Positions 24,501 to 37,729 of a stretch of DNA of 64,000 nucleotides are shown piece after piece. The notes beneath the pieces were generated by a model. The model did no database searches and was not told where the DNA came from. It worked only from the letters and a program-made list of their open reading frames with translations. Position 1 is the stretch's first letter, and the number at the start of each line of letters is the position of its first letter. Where the stretch lies: positions 61,734,467-61,798,466 of the forward strand of contig NC_057719.1 of assembly GCF_004010195.1 (NCBI RefSeq), read 5' to 3'. Source of the DNA: Chiloscyllium plagiosum. Taxonomy: Eukaryota. The translations under genes and the position numbers were made by a program.

Positions 24501-25529
24501 AAGGCAGGGTGTGAGGAAGCACAATCAAGGTAATTCCCACAGTTCTGTCATTTCCTTTTGAAAAAAGTCCTGTTCCTAAGGCGCAGAGACTGCTGACAAG
24601 GACATTCATTGCCAAACTTTTGTTGACCTGAGAGATGGTTGTGGAAATTTTCCTTGAATTACAGTGGTCATTATGGTGATGGTGCAAGATAGTGAATGAA
24701 CTATTTGCCCTGATAAGGAAGGCGCGGTGATAAACCCCCAACTTAACACTGTTCCTTTTTATGTTTGCAATGCCAATTAGAAAACAATTCTGTAGGAATG
24801 TATAAAGACCATGTTCATTTATTGATATTCATTCTTCCTGATATTTTATTTTGATATAAACAGCAAAGAAGGTTTAACTGTGATTTAAGAGATTTTTTCA
24901 CTGCTAATTGAGAGGTAATATTAAATGCTATGAATGTTTCACATAAATATACTTTATGTGAAACTTCAGGAATCACATATAAAGTTAATTTCCAAATTCT
25001 CAAAAGTTCACAAAAATCTCAGATTGCTGATAGCAACAGATCTGAGTGTCCTGTTTATGATGTAGTCAGCAAAAAAACAGCCCTTTCTAACCTTCAGATT
25101 CATAAAATTCAAATAGCCGCATAACAGCAGAAGAAAGATTTAACTCTAAATTTACACTGAATTGTCTGTGCACCAAGGTAATTTCATTAAAGATAGTAGA
25201 AAAGTTAATCAAGGCATAATAACAGCAAATAGAATCCTTGGTTTTGAGTTCAAAGGTATGAAATTTTAAAAAGCTATAGATAATGTTGAACATGTAAGAG
25301 GCTTTCTTTTGCCTCCATTTTGGGTTTGAAATTAAGACACCTATAAAAGCAATAAAAAAACTGCAACATGGATTTACCAGGCTGTTATCATGGATGAAAG
25401 ATAATAGTTATGAAAAGAGACTTGAACAATTAAGGCAATTTTCATGAGAACAGAGAAAGCTGAGGGAGCATGTTTCAAGATAATGAAATTGTCTAAAATG
25501 ATAAATATTGACACATTGTTCCTATTGGA

Positions 25530-25890
25530 TAAATGGTGGCATTGCAGTAATGTCATCAGATTAATAATCCAGAAACCCATGTGAATATTCATGGAAAATG
25601 GGTTCGAATCCCGTCACAATGGCTGGTGGAATTCAAATTCAACTTAATTTGGAACTCTAGTCTCAGTAATACAGACCATGAATCTATCATTGATCACTGT
25701 AAAAGCCCATTTGTTTCATTCCTGTTCATTAGAGAAAATCAACTGCCATCCTTCCCTGATGTCAGTCCAAACCCATAGTAAGATGGTCAACAGTTAACTG
25801 ATCTTTGAGATGGTCTAGCAAGCCATTCCGTTCAAGGGCATTTAGGGATGCACAATTAATACTCGCCTTTCCAGAAATACCCACGCCCAG
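25530..25890 (+). mobile_element. Old tRNA-derived SINE (related copy at ~46390-46690)
   Basis: B box GGTTCGAATCC at ~25601; body similar to 46390-46690. Confidence 0.6.
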
Positions 25891-26093
25891 TACAAGAGGT
25901 TTTTTTGAAGAAAGCTTGGTAGCAAGCAACATAAATTGTAGAGCAGTTTAAACTTAATTATTTTACTGGAAATGGTGAGAATGTGACATTCTCCATCCAC
26001 AAACTATTGCTGAAGCTTGATTTTTTATAAATGTTGCTTCTAAAAGAAGAACAATTTAGGCCATGTAGACTGAACAGAAACCAGATTTAATTA

Positions 26094-27025
26094 GAGTCAT
26101 AGAGATATACAGCACGGAAACAGATCCTACGGTCCAACTCGTCCATGCCGACCAGATATCCCAATCGAATCTCGTCCCATTTGCCAGTACCTGGCCCATA
26201 TCCCTCTCAACCTTTCCTATTCATATACCCATCCACATGCCTTTTAAATAATGCAATTGTACCAGTCTCCATCACTTCTTCTAACAACTCATTCCATACA
26301 TGCACCACCCTCCATGTCAAAAGGTTGCCTCTTAAGTCTCTTTTATAGCTTTCCCCCTCACCCTAAACCTAATCATTCTAGTTCTAGACTTTGTCTATTT
26401 ATCCTATCCATGCCCCTCATGAGTGTATAAACCTCCATGAGGTCTCTCCTCAGCCTTCAATGCTCCAGGAAAAACAGCCCCAGCCTATTCAGCCTCCCCC
26501 TTTTGCTCAAATCCTCCAATCCTGGCAACATCCTTGTAAATCTTTTCTGAACCCTTTCAAGTTTCACAACATCCTTCCGACAGGTAGAAGACAAGAATTG
26601 CATGCAATATTCCAAAAGTGGCCTATCCAATGTCCTGTACAGCCACAACATGACCTCCCAACTCCTATACTCAATGCACTGACGAGTAAAGGAAAGCATA
26701 TCAAACACCTTCTTCACTATCCTATCTACCTGTGGCTCCACCTTCAAGCAACTGCACACTCCAAGGTCACTTTGTTCAGCAAAACCCCCTAGGGCCTTAT
26801 CATTAAGTGTATAAGTCCTGCTCTGATTTGCCTTTCCAAAATAGAACACCTCACATTTATGTAAAATAAACTCCATCTGTCACTCCTTAGCCCATTGGTC
26901 CATCTGATCAAGATCCCATTGTACTCTGAAGTAACTTCCTCGCTGTCCACTACACATCCAATTTTGGTGCCATCTGAAAACTTACTAACTACACCTCCAA
27001 TGTTCACATCCATATCATTTATATT
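26094..27025 (-). mobile_element. 5'-truncated CR1 (RT C-terminus and 3' end)
   Basis: FSDGTKIG, LEYCMQF, CTATGACTCT tail. Confidence 0.9.
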
Positions 27026-27109
27026 TAAAAATAACAGAATGTGCAGTGAAACACACATGGGTGGAATAAATCACCCAACAGTTGTGTGGATGTAGGGGAG
27101 GGGATGTTG

Positions 27110-27285
27110 GATGGTGTTTGTGTGAGTGTGTGAGTCATTTAGTATATTTGCGAGTGTGCGTGTGTTCGAACTTGAATGAGAGATGGAGCGTGTGTGTGTG
27201 TGTGTTCAAACTTGCCTGAGAGATGGTGTGTGTGTGTGTGTGTGTTCAAACCTGTATGAGAGATGGAATGTATCTGTGTGGGTCA
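27110..27285 (+). repeat. Compound (GT)n/minisatellite with unit TGTTCAAAC..GAGAGATGG
   Basis: Three ~37-41 bp units separated by GT runs. Confidence 0.8.
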
Positions 27286-27289
27286 ATCT

Positions 27290-27660
27290 TCCTGCCCTCT
27301 GATATGGACTGTCTGTAGCAGATGGACTGTCTGTAGCAGATACCTCAAGGTGCTGGAGCAGTCCCCCAATGCTGCCTGAGCAAGATCCTGCTAATCCGTA
27401 GGGATTAACAGTGCACCAGCACCAGCATCCTTGACTAGACCAACATCCCCAGTATTAAGGCACTGACCATCCTGAGACCACCACTGAGACTCCCTAAGCA
27501 GGCACTCTGCACCAGGCTCTGAAACAGCAGGTGAGTTCCCATGGACAGCGGAAGCCCTGCAGGGATACCATCAAAGCCTCACTGTCCAAGACTGTCCAAA
27601 GCAGAGGAGGAAGAGGAGGATCCAGGAAGGTGTCAACCACCTCGAGACTTGCTGTCTCTT
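27290..27660 (+). mobile_element. RTE-clade LINE 3' fragment
   Basis: Decayed RLPKQAL..GQRK..DTIKASL, typical of RTE ORF C-termini. Confidence 0.6.
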
Positions 27661-28744
27661 AGTCTAGTGAAAATCACATTATAGACAGGATGAATCAAAT
27701 TTTCTGTTTCCATGCTGTAACATTCTTTGAAGGTCAAAGAATGCCTCAGTTTGGAGGCAATAAGTGATCTACATGTCACAGTTTGGACGCCACTGTAATA
27801 CAGTACTAGTTGTCAGACTGTGATCTCTGAGATAAAAGGATTCAGTAATGAAAATTGATGGGATCCCTAAGGTTTCCGAATTCCTGCTTGTTTGTCATCA
27901 GATTTCAGTATTTATCTGTGTTTACAGATGCACTCGCTGGTTAACATCACCTTTTGCAAGGTTAGTTAGGTTTTTACAGGAATGTGTCAATATTTTTGAG
28001 GGTACAGTGAAATATGTGGTGGCCTTGCTTTCAGCTGTCCAGGCCCTAAACTCTACAATTTCTTTTCTGTACCTCTCCACTCCTCTCCCTTGTTTTTCTC
28101 CTTTTGGCCTCTTTGACCAAATGTTTGGTCATCTGACTTAATATCCCCTTGTGTAGTTTGATGTCATGGTTTGTTTTGTAATATTCCTATGACATGTCAT
28201 TGTTGTACGTAATTACTTATATAAATGGAAGTCAATGCTCTTATTGTTCTACATGTTCCTTAGAAAGTTCATCACCCCATTCTACACAAAAATCTCTTGA
28301 ATAAATATTTTTCATCATCATAGTTTCCCTTGAAAAATGATTTTGCAATTTTTCTTAATGGAGATTATTGAGTTATCCATACGGTGAAGTGGATTATGGC
28401 ACAACATAAACTCCAAATCATTCTTTAACTTCTTTTATCTGGTCCTTTCATGCTGAATATAAAATCTTCACTTGCTGATTTTTTTTAGTAAGTTTTGCTT
28501 TTTTCAATTTTCTTTTATAAATTGCCCTGTCAATCTAAGGAACTTGTTTTCAACATGTCTCATTAACTCACCTGTAGTTTTCACCAACACTATTGATCGG
28601 GATTGGCTTGTGTCCAATTTTGATGGACCACTGCCTGCAACTCCTCAGCTTATTTCTGAAGAGCTTTTCTTCTTTATGAAGATTATCAGGTTGGCATGGA
28701 TGCTTTTCTATCTGCAACTGAAAGAATAATAAGTAATGATTGAA

Positions 28745-29725
28745 AGCACAAATGGTCACCGACCTCCAAGCAAAATACTTTCCATCAACTACCACTTGCT
28801 GTCTTCTTTTGGCCAGCCAATTCTGTATCCAGACAGCCAAATTTCCCTGTATCCCATACCTCCTAAGTTTCTGAATGAGCTTATCGTGGGGGATCTTAGC
28901 AAATGTCTTACTGAAATCCATATACACCACATCCACTATTTGCCCTTGGTCAACCTGTCTCATCACATCTTCAAAGAATTAAATAAGGTTTGTGAGGCAT
29001 TACCTGCCCCTCACAAAGCCATGCTGACTATCTTTAATCAAACTATGTTTTGTTCCAAACAGTCATAAATCCTATCTCTCAGAATCCTTTCCAGTACCTT
29101 GCTTACCACAGATGTAAGACTGGCTGGTCTGTAATTCCCAGGGATTTCCCTATTCCCTTTCTTGAACAGAGGAACAACATTCACTTCCCTCGAATCATCT
29201 GGTACTATTCCTGTGGAGAGTGAGGATGTAAAGTTCATTGCCAGAGGTGCAACAATCTCATTCCTCACTTCCTGTAGTAACCTTGGATCTATCTGGTCTG
29301 GCCCTGGGGACTTATCCACCTTGATGCTTCCCAAAATTTCCAGCACATCCTCTTTCTTAATATCAAATTGTTGAAGCCTATTAACTTGGTCCAAGGTGTT
29401 CTCACTATTAACAAGGTCCCTCTGTCTAGCAAAAACTGAAGCAAAAAACTAATTTAGGGCCTCCCCTAACTCTTCAGACTCCAGGCACAAGTTCCCTCCA
29501 CTATCCCTGATCGGCCCTTCCCTTTCTGATCATTCTCTTATTCCTCACATAAGTGTAGAACACCTTTGGGTTTTCCCTAATCCTTCCTGCCAGGGCTTTT
29601 TGGTGCCCCCTCCGAGCTCTCCTCAGTCCATTTTTGAATTCTTTCCAAGCTAGGCTGTAATCCTCTAAAGCTGTGCCAGATCGTTGATTCCTAAATAATT
29701 CCTCAATTTGCAAATAATCCAAAGG
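28745..29725 (-). mobile_element. CR1 ORF2 internal fragment
   Basis: DKSPGPD, PGNYRPASLTS, DFSKTFAKIPH. Confidence 0.88.
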
Positions 29726-29759
29726 TAAATAGTAAAGTGCGATCTGAGGAGGTTAAAGG

Positions 29760-30320
29760 GAACCTAAAAAGAGATATAAACAATACACGTGAGCAGAAAA
29801 ACATTTATGGATGACACATAATGTGGGGAACTGGAAGATCAAATGGTAGGAAGAATAGAGGAGCAAAATAGTATTTAAATAGGAAGCGACTAGAGAATAC
29901 TGCAATGCAGAGGGATCCAGGTGTCCTTTCATATTAGTCACAAAAATTCAGTACACAGGTACAGCAGATCATTAGGAAGATAAATATTGACCTTCATTGC
30001 AAAGGAATTGACATATAATGTAGAAATCTTTTGCCACAACTCTACAGGACGTTGGTGAGATTACACCTGGATGACAATGCAGTTTTGGTCTTCATGCTTC
30101 ATAAACCATTGGAAGCATGTCGGAGAAGGTACATGAGTCTGATTCCTATAATGTAGGTGTCATTTTATGAGGAAAGATTAACTGGGTTTCATTTATACTC
30201 TTCGGAGTTTAGAACAATGAGGGGTGGTTGCACTGAAATACAGAGGATTCTGAGGAAGCTTGAGAGGTTGGATGTTAAGAGGATGTTTTCTCTCATGGGA
30301 AATCTAGAACAATATAGCAT
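29760..30320 (+). mobile_element. Old CR1 RT C-terminal fragment
   Basis: QRDPGV, LYRTLVRLHL..QFWS-like segments. Confidence 0.65.
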
Positions 30321-30614
30321 ATTGTTCTAGATAGCATAGGGAATCTCCTTCAAGGGGATTGATGGCAGTGGTGATTTTTCTTTTCCCCAACTGGCTGCTG
30401 GACCTGGCTGGAAGACTTACTAGTGATCTGCTGTGATCAGTTGTCAAAGGTTAAGCTATTTCACCTTCAGCATGCACTCCAAATATATTTGGAGGTCTCT
30501 AAGTCTTTACTTGATAGAGAATTTTTAAACATGTATAAATAACCAGTGCAAAATATATAGGGCTGATTTAATGGCCTCCCCTTTGACATGTTTGAAGGCA
30601 AAGGTTAGGGAGCA

Positions 30615-30985
30615 GGCTTACTGCAGTACTCCAGCAAAGCCCAGCGTAAGATGAAGAACAACACCTCATTTTCTGCTTGGGGACCCTACAACCTTCAGGT
30701 CTCAATATCGAGTTCAATAACCTTCGGGCTAGTCACCACCTTCACATACCAGACCTTGCGATCGCGTAGTTTGCTATTGTACACACTCATTGTCAGCCAC
30801 TGACAGTCTCCATTAACAGCAATTCATCCTCCTCGCCAATGTTATCTATTCCAACTGTTCTTCTCTCTCTTTGGGCTCTATCCCCACCTATAGTTTACTC
30901 CGTCTCCTCTCCCCCACCCTATCTTCTGTTTAAAAACCTCGCTACCATCAGTTCTGAGGAAGGGTCACTGGAAATTTACAGTGCT
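30615..30985 (+). mobile_element. Penelope 3' fragment
   Basis: EEQHLIFCLGTLQPSGLNIEFN; ends in a truncated CTGAGGAAGGGTCA hammerhead-like motif. Confidence 0.8.
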
Positions 30986-31422
30986 GCTGGCACTACAGAG
31001 CTGTCATGCAATTTGATTAGTTGCCAGCACAAAAGGGCAGGATATTGTCCCAAGATATGGGCATAAGTCTCAACCTTAAAGAGCTAATGCTCTTTATGAT
31101 GAGAAAAGGCTGTGAGACACCTGACTTTTGTGTGGACCACCTCTTACCGGCATTTCAGACATGGTGGTGAGAGATATGTACAACCTCATTAAATCCAAAC
31201 CATAGTGTTGTTAATATTAATCAGTTATTGGAAATTAGTCACAAGGAAATGTAGCAAGATTAATAAAAAAAATCTTTGCAGAATGAAATTTTCTGATTAT
31301 TTAAAAATTCAAAATATACAAATTATTGCTGTGCTTCATTTCAATATTATGCTGCATGCAAGATAAATCTGTTTCAGTTAAATTGTGTACTAGGGTTTGC
31401 ACAGGAAGCATACAGCTTTGGT

Positions 31423-31451
31423 CACATGTCAGCTGACAGAGCTAAATATAG
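31423..31451. promoter_or_regulatory. Candidate muscle enhancer core: E-boxes, TGTCAGCTGACA palindrome and MEF2 site
   Basis: CACATG 31423-31428, TGTCAGCTGACA 31427-31438 (contains CAGCTG), CTAAATATAG 31442-31451 (fits MEF2 YTAWWWWTAR), in a repeat-poor part of the intron. Confidence 0.4.
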
Positions 31452-33889
31452 AGATTCAAAGGCATTCTAAACATTGCCTACAAAGCAAGCAAATGAAATA
31501 AAACAGGAGCTGGCTGCAATCCCACATGCATTACACAAATAAGCCAAAACCTGGTAGTATTGTCAAGAAAACAACATCACAGCCTTTCAGAATCAAATAT
31601 ACCATGGAGACTGAATGATAATTGCCTTACGAATATTTGCACCTAGAGGCGTAAAATCACAAAATGATTTTCACTGCGGCAGTCCACCAAGCAAGTGTCA
31701 TACAGATATTGACAATCTACATTCTGAACTCCATTTCAATTTGTCCTGTGTTAACATGTTGAACATGTGATGAACAGAAGTTAAGATATTTACAATGCAG
31801 CAAATCAATTTAATCAATCTATAGATTGCAGTTGTACTGGCATTGATATCATTGGAGGAACAGTGCCCTGACAAGTACACTGAGCACATTTCCACTAAGA
31901 TGAGTATTTTTTACTATGCTTTGTTTGCAGTTAAATCTGAGATATCAAGTGCAGGCATAGGCAGCCTAGCCTTTGCATTGTTTAATCAGCCAAAGATTTG
32001 CTTTAACCAGGCCACACTGAAAGAACAACAGGAGTTCTAATCATTTAGTTTTTCTTCCCCAAAAAAGAACACACATTAGTAAACAAATTCCATGTAAAGA
32101 TTTGTTTTACTCCACAGATCAGCATCGACCTAAATGCAGCAATCTGACTTCCAATAAACAGATGTACAGCACAGCAATCAGCTTCCCTCTTGACTATCAT
32201 TTTGTTGAACCAATGGATATAAAAACCAAATTAGCACAGCAGCAGCACATTAACTGGGATCGTGCCAACAACTGTCGTATTCCAACAGAAATGGTTTGGT
32301 TGAATGCCATTTGAGGCATGCATAGTCCTGACCTTTGCAACCTGCTGACCTGTGTCATGCCTCTAGATCATGGAAACTTTAGATCTATTCTAGCAATGCA
32401 AATAAAAAGGCTCCCTTCTCTTGGCTGCATGCCTTAGAATACTGTATTTGTACAGTAACACACACAGTATGCAGCAATAGTATGAATCAACATGCAGAGG
32501 TCAGATCAATTCACATACTTAAATCAAATATTCTGTTGTGCAAGGTAAATCAATATACATACTGCCCTGATTAAGGAAGATAAGAGGAACATAACTGATG
32601 ATCATTTAGATCATTATTGATGTTATTCCCCAATCCATCATAGCACAAAGTTGCATAGATTATTATTTTACTACAACACTGAAGCTCCTTAATGCTCAGT
32701 TATTTCATGAAAAAAACAAAAAATAACAGCAGATGGAGCAAACCAGTTAACTCTTCTTTCTCTCTCCCTCATTTTATTTTGATGATCTGCAGCCTTTGCA
32801 ACGGTTTGAAGTCAGCAAAAGGAATGAGACTTTCCTCTCAATTGTATCTTTCTCTCTGTCTCATTTCCCCATTTTGATCTTGGAGGTTTGTTAGACACAA
32901 AGCTTATCTGTGCACATAAATTGGATGAATATACTCCATCATACAATCACAGAGTTGCATTAAAATAAACAATAAACAGTGACCTCATTCCTGCATGTTG
33001 AAAATGGAACATGATTATCTTACAAAAGAGAATATTAACTTTAAGATATCTGTAAATGAGAATTCAGAACAGATTGTCTGATCTATGTAAAGAAAGTTTT
33101 TTTTCTAATGTTCTGATGCAATAACTTAATTGCCAAACTATTCTTCATCTGTTGCAATTGTTCTTCAATACTATCCATTCAGTAAAATCAATCAAAACCA
33201 AAAAAGAAGCTTTCTCAGCCAACAACTGACCTCTTTATTCAGGCAGATTAGAACAAAGTAATGGATCCACTAGCCTGTACATCTCGGTGTCCCAGCTTTC
33301 TGTATTCCTGTCACCTGGGTTAATGATTACTGATCAGCCTTGAATCTTTCCGATTCGAGGGAACCGATATTCTAGACGGCTGATTGTGGCATCATGCAGA
33401 GAACGGAATATCAACACTGGCTTGGTTTGTTTTCAAACACCAATACAGCTGCAGTTCATAAGAACAATAGAATAAACCCTTCTCCAGCAACTTTCATTCA
33501 CTTACAGTGTCAGCTACAAAAACATGACTTTAATCCATATTGGGGTTTTGAAAGGCCACATCTCATAAAAAAGGAGGCTCGGAATGAAATGGAATGGAGA
33601 GGCTTTTTAAAAAGTCAAACGATTACAAAGACTTTTTGATTAAATCTAGCGTAGTTTTGTGTGGTGTTGCGAGAAAATGCAAATAATTTCATTGAAGGAA
33701 TTATTGAGGCCAAAAACAAAAACTGTACATTAACAATCATTTTCAAGGAAATTTTAGAATTCATGATCTCCATTGGCTTTTAGTCATTCACAGAAAGTGC
33801 TGCCTCTGGAAAGGGGAGAATTTGTTGTCCATCTTTAATTGTATTGAAGCTGCAACTGTCCAGGGAAGTGGAATTTCATTTTCTCCCTG

Positions 33890-36400
33890 ACTCATATCTT
33901 GTCATGAAGGGCTTAGAGGAAACATAAGGTGAGATAGTCACAGCAGAATTTCTAATCTCTGACCTGCCCAAAGCCACAGTATCTACATGAGTGGCTAATC
34001 TAAGTTTCCAATCAATGGTTACACCTAACCAAGTAGATGGTTGGTCATGCCCTTGAAAGCCTGGGGGCATGATTAGATTCCCTCTTCTTAGCATTGATCA
34101 TTATCAGGGACTTGAAGCAGTTGGATCGGTTAAGACTAGGGCACTATCCTAAGGAACTGCAGAAGTTATGTCCTGCACCTTAGATGACTGAATTCTTACA
34201 GCCAAACCTATCTCCCTTTGTGCTAAATATGACTTCAGCCAATAGAGAGTTTTCCCACTTGACCTCATCTTTAATAAGGTTCTTCAATGCCAACTAATGC
34301 CAGGTTATTGTTAAGTTAATGCCACTTGATGGCATCGTCAATAAGTGCCTTCCAATACTTTGAATCATCAAATCATACAGTTCAGAAGACTTGAACCATC
34401 AAGTCTGCACCAATTTATGACTATTCTAACTCTACACCAGTCCCACTTTCCAGCTCACCGTTCTGTAAACTCCTGGTCTATTTCTTATGGAGTGGAACCA
34501 CATTAGCTGGCCTCCCATGTGGCCAGACAGAAATTTAAAAATTGGATCATAGCCTCTGTAATGTCCTCCATCATCTCCCACAGCAACCAGGGATGCTGTA
34601 GATTTACCCTCAAGTAACTGTTCCCAATCTATTTTGGCTAGACCCTGTCTTATTTTAATAAAATCTGACATGGCCCAATCCAAAACCCTTTTTGTTTTGC
34701 CGATCATCTTTTTCCTTTTCTATAACAAACTTAAGATGTATGTTTGCTGTGGATGCTATCAATAAATTACTCTCCCACTGTTACCTCAAGCATCTGTTCA
34801 GCTTCATTCCTCAGAATTAGGTACAGCACTGCACTGCTGTTAAACTTTCCATAAAAAGCTCTCCTTACATGCTTCAAGAAATCTGTCCTCTTTAAACCCT
34901 TTACACTGTCACGATCCCAATTAATGCAAGAGACATTGAAATCCCATAATAGAATTACCCATTATTGGTTTTACACTCCTCAGTGAATTATCTACGTATC
35001 TGCTCCTCTGTTGGTCGCTGACTGGAGGTCCATGTTATACTTCCAGCAGTGCATTTTCACTTTTCTTATTCCTAAATTCTACCCATAAAGGCTCAATTGA
35101 AGATTCTTCCAGAATATCATCCCTCCTTACTCCAGTAACTGACACCACCTCCTCTTTTATACCCTCCCCTGTCCTGCCTGAAAAGCCTATATCCTTGAAT
35201 GTTGAGTTGAGTCCTGCCCCTCTCTCAACCATGTCTCTGTGGTAGCCTCAACATCACAATTCCACATGTCAATCTATGTCCTTATCTCATCTGTCTTACC
35301 TATAATACTCCTAGCATTAAAATAGATGCCATCTAGCCTCACTTTATTCCCTTGAGACTCAACATGGCCGAACTGCCTCTGCCTTGGTTCCTTCATTGAA
35401 GTGTGCTGTGTCGCTATTTACTAACATGTGTGTCCATCCTCCTGCTGACCGAGTTTAAACACCTCCCAACAGCACGAACAAAGCTTTCCACATGGATGTT
35501 GGTCCCATTTTGGTTCAGGTGCAAACCATCCTGCTTCTGGAGGTCTCACCATTCCCAGAAACAGTCCCAGTGTTCCAGAAATCTAAAACCTTCCCTCCTG
35601 CACCAACTCTTGAGCCAAACATTCATCTGCTCTATTCTCCTATTTCTGTACTAACTAGCACATGGCACAGGAATAATCCAGAGATTACAACCTTTGAGGT
35701 CCTGTTCTTTAGTCTACTGCCTACCTCCCTGAACTGTTTAGCAAGATCTCATCCTACATTCCACCAATATCATTGGTACCAATGTGTACTATGACATTTG
35801 ACTTATAACCCTCCCACTTCAGAATGCTTCACAGTGCTCAGTGACATCCCAGTTCTTGGCATGAGGGAGATTGATGATTGAGAATAAACTGGTGGGGCAG
35901 CAATTGTTTACCTTGGGTTTCTCATGCATTTTATGGACTTGGCATACCTAGGTAATTTTCCACAATGTCAAGAAATAATAGTGTTGTAGCTGTATTGAAC
36001 AGCTTGGTTAGGAGTTGGAGTCAACAGTCCATAAACTGGAATCTCTGAAGCTGGGACTGAGGAAATGCTAAGATAGACCATCCAATTAGTATTGCTGACT
36101 AAAAGTAGATGTAAGTGCATCAGCTTTTGCACGGATATGCTGGACTCCACCATTATACAGAATGGGTTTTTTTGTGGAGCTCCCTCCCCCAGTTAGTTAT
36201 TTGACTGTCCAACATTCATGACTGAATGTGGCAGAAATGCAGAGCTTTGTTGGTTTTGGAATCATGAACTTTCATTTCTAACATGCTACTTCTGCTGGTT
36301 AGTAATCATGTAGTTTTGTATTGTGGCATCAAAGAGTTAGCATCTCATTTTTAAGTCTACCTTGTGCTGCTAATAGCATAGTTTCTTTCGACAGGTAATA
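33890..36400 (-). mobile_element. Decayed LINE cluster: CR1/L2-group pieces flanking a CR1 ORF1-esterase/EN fragment (~34360-35850)
   Basis: LGVTIDWKL (33876-34094), LWVEFRNKK (35035-35232), GTND and DGLH-like segments near 35510-35790. Confidence 0.65.
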
Positions 36401-36532
36401 GGCCCCACCAGGGATGGGTATATAGCAGTCTGACCACCTCCGTACCCATCCCCAATCATGCAAATTGTTCAGAATCAATTGAAATCCTAGAGTTCTTGCC
36501 AAGCATCTTAAGGAAAACCTTTTCTACAGCAC

Positions 36533-37528
36533 TAGAGTCATAGAGATGTACAGCATGGAAACAGACCCTTCGGTCCAACCCGTCCATGCCGACCAGATAT
36601 CCCAACCCAATCTAGTCCCACCTGCCAGCACCCGGCCCATATCCCTCCAAACCCTTCCTATTCATATACCTAATCAAATGCCTCTTAAATGTTGCAATTG
36701 TACCAGCCTCCACCACATCCTCATTCCATACACGTACCACCCTCTGCATGAAAAAGTTGCCCCTTAGGTCTCTTTTATAATTTTTCCCTCTCACCCTAAA
36801 ACTATGGCCTCTAGTTCTGGACTCCCCGACCCCAGGGAAAGACTTTGTCTATTTATCCTATCCATGCCCCTCATAAGTTTGTAAACCTCCACAAGGCCAC
36901 CCCACAGCCTCTGACACTCCAGGGAAAACAGCCGCAGCCTGTTCGGCCTCTCCCTGTAGCTCAGATCCTCCAACCCTGGCAACATCCTTGTAAATCTTTT
37001 CTGAACCCTTTCAAGTTTCACAACAGCTTTCCGATAGAAAGGAGACCAGAATTGCACGCAATATTTCAGCAGTGGCCTAACCAGTGTCCTGTACAGCCGC
37101 AACATGACCTCCCAACTCCTGTACTCAATACTCTGACCAATAAAGGAAAGCATACCAAACACTTTCTTCACTAACCTAGCTACCTGCGACTCCACTTTCA
37201 AGGAATATGAACCTGCACTCCAAGGTCCTCTTTGTTCAGCAACACTCCCGAGGACCTTACCATTAAGTGTATAAGTCCTGCTAAGATTTGCTTTCCCAAA
37301 ATGCAGCACCTCACATTTATCTGAATTAAACTCCATCTGCCACTTCTCATCCCATTGGCCCATCTGGTCCAGATCCTGTTGTAATCTGAGGTAACCCTCT
37401 TTGCTGTCCATTATACCTCCAATTTTAGTGTCATCTGCAAACTTACTGACTGTACCTCTTATGCTCGCATCCAAATCATTTATGTAAATGACAAAAAGTA
37501 GAGGGCCCAGCACCGATCCTTGTGGCAC
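36533..37528 (-). mobile_element. 5'-truncated, relatively young CR1
   Basis: 245-aa open frame [35 protein letters not shown], then 3' UTR and CTATGACTCT tail. Confidence 0.93.
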
Positions 37529-37729
37529 GTATTAGTACTTTCCCCACTCAGAAGTTGCAGGTTCAAGAGCTGGAGTGAATTAATAGACAGGAGATATGGC
37601 AGAAAAGTATGTTTAAGATTGAAAATAATCTATTTGATTTTATTGAATAGTGAAACAGGCTCATCGGGCCAAATGGTTTTGTTCCTGTTCTTAATTTTCT
37701 TGTTATAGTCCCTTTACAACTACAAACAC

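Noticed and set aside
27110..27345. Spaced repeats resembling a CRISPR array
   Set aside because: Spacers are GT microsatellite, there are no cas genes, and the DNA is vertebrate.
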